NCBI RefSeq assembly: GCF_002571385.2
Contig: NW_019217785.1
Location: 286,728 to 350,727 of the forward strand
Reading direction: 5' to 3'
Source: Stylophora pistillata
Taxonomy: Eukaryota
Length of the DNA stretch: 64,000 bases
The number at the start of each line of letters is the position of its first letter. Position 1 is the first letter of the stretch. Below, piece after piece: positions 62,585 to 64,000 of this stretch. Both the position numbers and the translations under genes were made by a program. The notes under the pieces were generated by a model. The model worked only from the letters and a program-made list of their open reading frames with translations, ran no database searches and was not told the DNA's origin.

Positions 62585-63180
62585 CCAGTTTATTCATGTG
62601 AGTTAGGAGTAAGAAAATAAAAGTAAGTAAAGTACATCATGAAAAGGAAACGTGAAGTTAACCCTACTACATTTCCTAGAAAGAAAAAATAAGAAGTATA
62701 AAAATAACTATGTGTAGACATTGATTATTGCTTATCGCTAGTTACATATTCGCATATTTAAAAAAATACTTTAACCACGCTTTAAACAGATTAAAAGATT
62801 CGGCTTCAACCACATACTGCGGTAAAATGATTCCATTCTTTCACTATGCGAATAAAAAAATTATATTTATAGGGGTTAACCCTTGCATTTTTCACCCCCA
62901 ATTTAAAAAAAGTGGCTAGCTCGTGTCCTTTTGTCTCAAGTGAGTTGGAAAAAATCACTGAACTTTAAGTTATTTAGGCCAAAAACAATTTTGTAGCATT
63001 TTTGTAAGTGAAATGAAGTGTCTTGGCTTCTATAAAGCGGGCCAGTTTAAACTTTGATACGTTCCTCATATTCCATTTCTCCACGCTTTTGTCCAAGCGC
63101 AAGGCGAGATGCTCTCCTCTGGGCCTTTTCAAGTGCTAGTATGTCTTTACTAAGTATGGACACCACACTGGGGTTGCATA
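62585..63180 (-). mobile_element. CR1-type LINE 3' fragment
   Basis: DILALEKAQRRASRLALGQKRGEMEYEER..CYKIVFGLN; AATAAA tail on the minus strand at about 62590. Confidence 0.8.
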
Positions 63181-63829
63181 TTGAAGAATAGAATAAAGTA
63201 ATGTAAAGAATAGAAAATACTTCTTGGAGATCCAAGCGTTCTGTTAAATTCTCTTACGGCGGACTATCAAGAAGGCTACCCTTAGAACCTTACAGTCCTT
63301 ATATCATCGAACTGAACTTCTTTCGTTTCATTTTTCATACTCGTTTATCATATTTCAGACGTGCCTAACACCAAAACAAAATAAAATATCGTCCTCACAA
63401 AAAGTGGGAGAAAGGGGGCTAGAGCGAGCGAGGGAAGAGGGTAAGGAGCGTGGAAGTAGAAAGGAAAGGGCAAGACATTTTACTGTCCGCAGTTCGTCCA
63501 CTAACGAAAGGCAGCAAGATTTTACCAATGATTACCGGTAATTACCTATCAAAGCGACTGATCTAAAAAGATCGATCAGGGGTCAATCCAGAGATCAGAT
63601 CAAATTAAATATGATCGAAGTCGCTCTCGAAGAGACTTCCATTTCACTTTACACAATGCTGTCTCGGTTTTTTTTCTTTTTCTCCATTGTTACACCATCA
63701 GAGCTGAGGAAATTTTTTCGCATCGACAGATGAAAGGGAAGTCTTTGATGCCAGAGCAAAACTTCCTTGGAGATTTCGTGCATGGGGCAAGATTTTAAAG
63801 TTTCTCATCAATTATATTAACACTTCTCC

Positions 63830-64000
63830 CACTTCAAAATATATGAACTTCATATATACATTGTATCTGATTTATCATCACGGGTTTATTACGAATCAAC
63901 TTAACGGCCTGCTCCCAGTTGGCTTGTTAGCTCAATTGGTAGAGCGCTGCACTTGTATCGCAGAGGTCAGTGGTTCGAATCCCGTACAGGCCTGATTTTT
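63830..64000 (+). mobile_element. tRNA-like dispersed repeat (SINE-like), runs off the window
   Basis: Cloverleaf-like 63921-63993 with A box TAGCTCAATTGGTAG and B box GGTTCGAATCC; irregular anticodon arm; upstream flank shared with the 17928 insertion. Confidence 0.8.

Noticed and set aside
63921-63993. Functional tRNA gene
   Set aside because: The anticodon arm is irregular and the flank is shared with another interspersed copy (17928), so it is better explained as a tRNA-like repeat.

Overview
Eukaryotic, AT-rich window made almost entirely of nested transposable elements. No ordinary host gene is recognisable. The repeat types (THAP-DDE/YqaJ elements, Mag-type Gypsy, Penelope-like elements with hammerhead ribozymes, a tRNA-like dispersed repeat) suggest a marine invertebrate, probably a stony coral; this is inference. 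The only long undisrupted ORF is a 710-aa hAT/ZNF862-like transposase (3795-5927, minus). Other content: a CR1/L2-type LINE 5' end with a 2A-like peptide, PHD finger and APE domain, duplicated across a single-N gap; a full-length Gypsy with both LTRs, interrupted by a LINE that makes an in-frame chimeric ORF; a DEDDh-exonuclease, orphan-ORF and PIF1-helicase block; two Penelope-like elements and four hammerhead motifs, one with a perfect core; five solo LTRs; a second decayed Gypsy; a decayed tandem array of about 5-kb units (about 31-56 kb) with BEN-like and DUF6589-like remnants; and three ISL2EU-type elements with AT target duplications. All family calls come from visual motif recognition; no searches were run.
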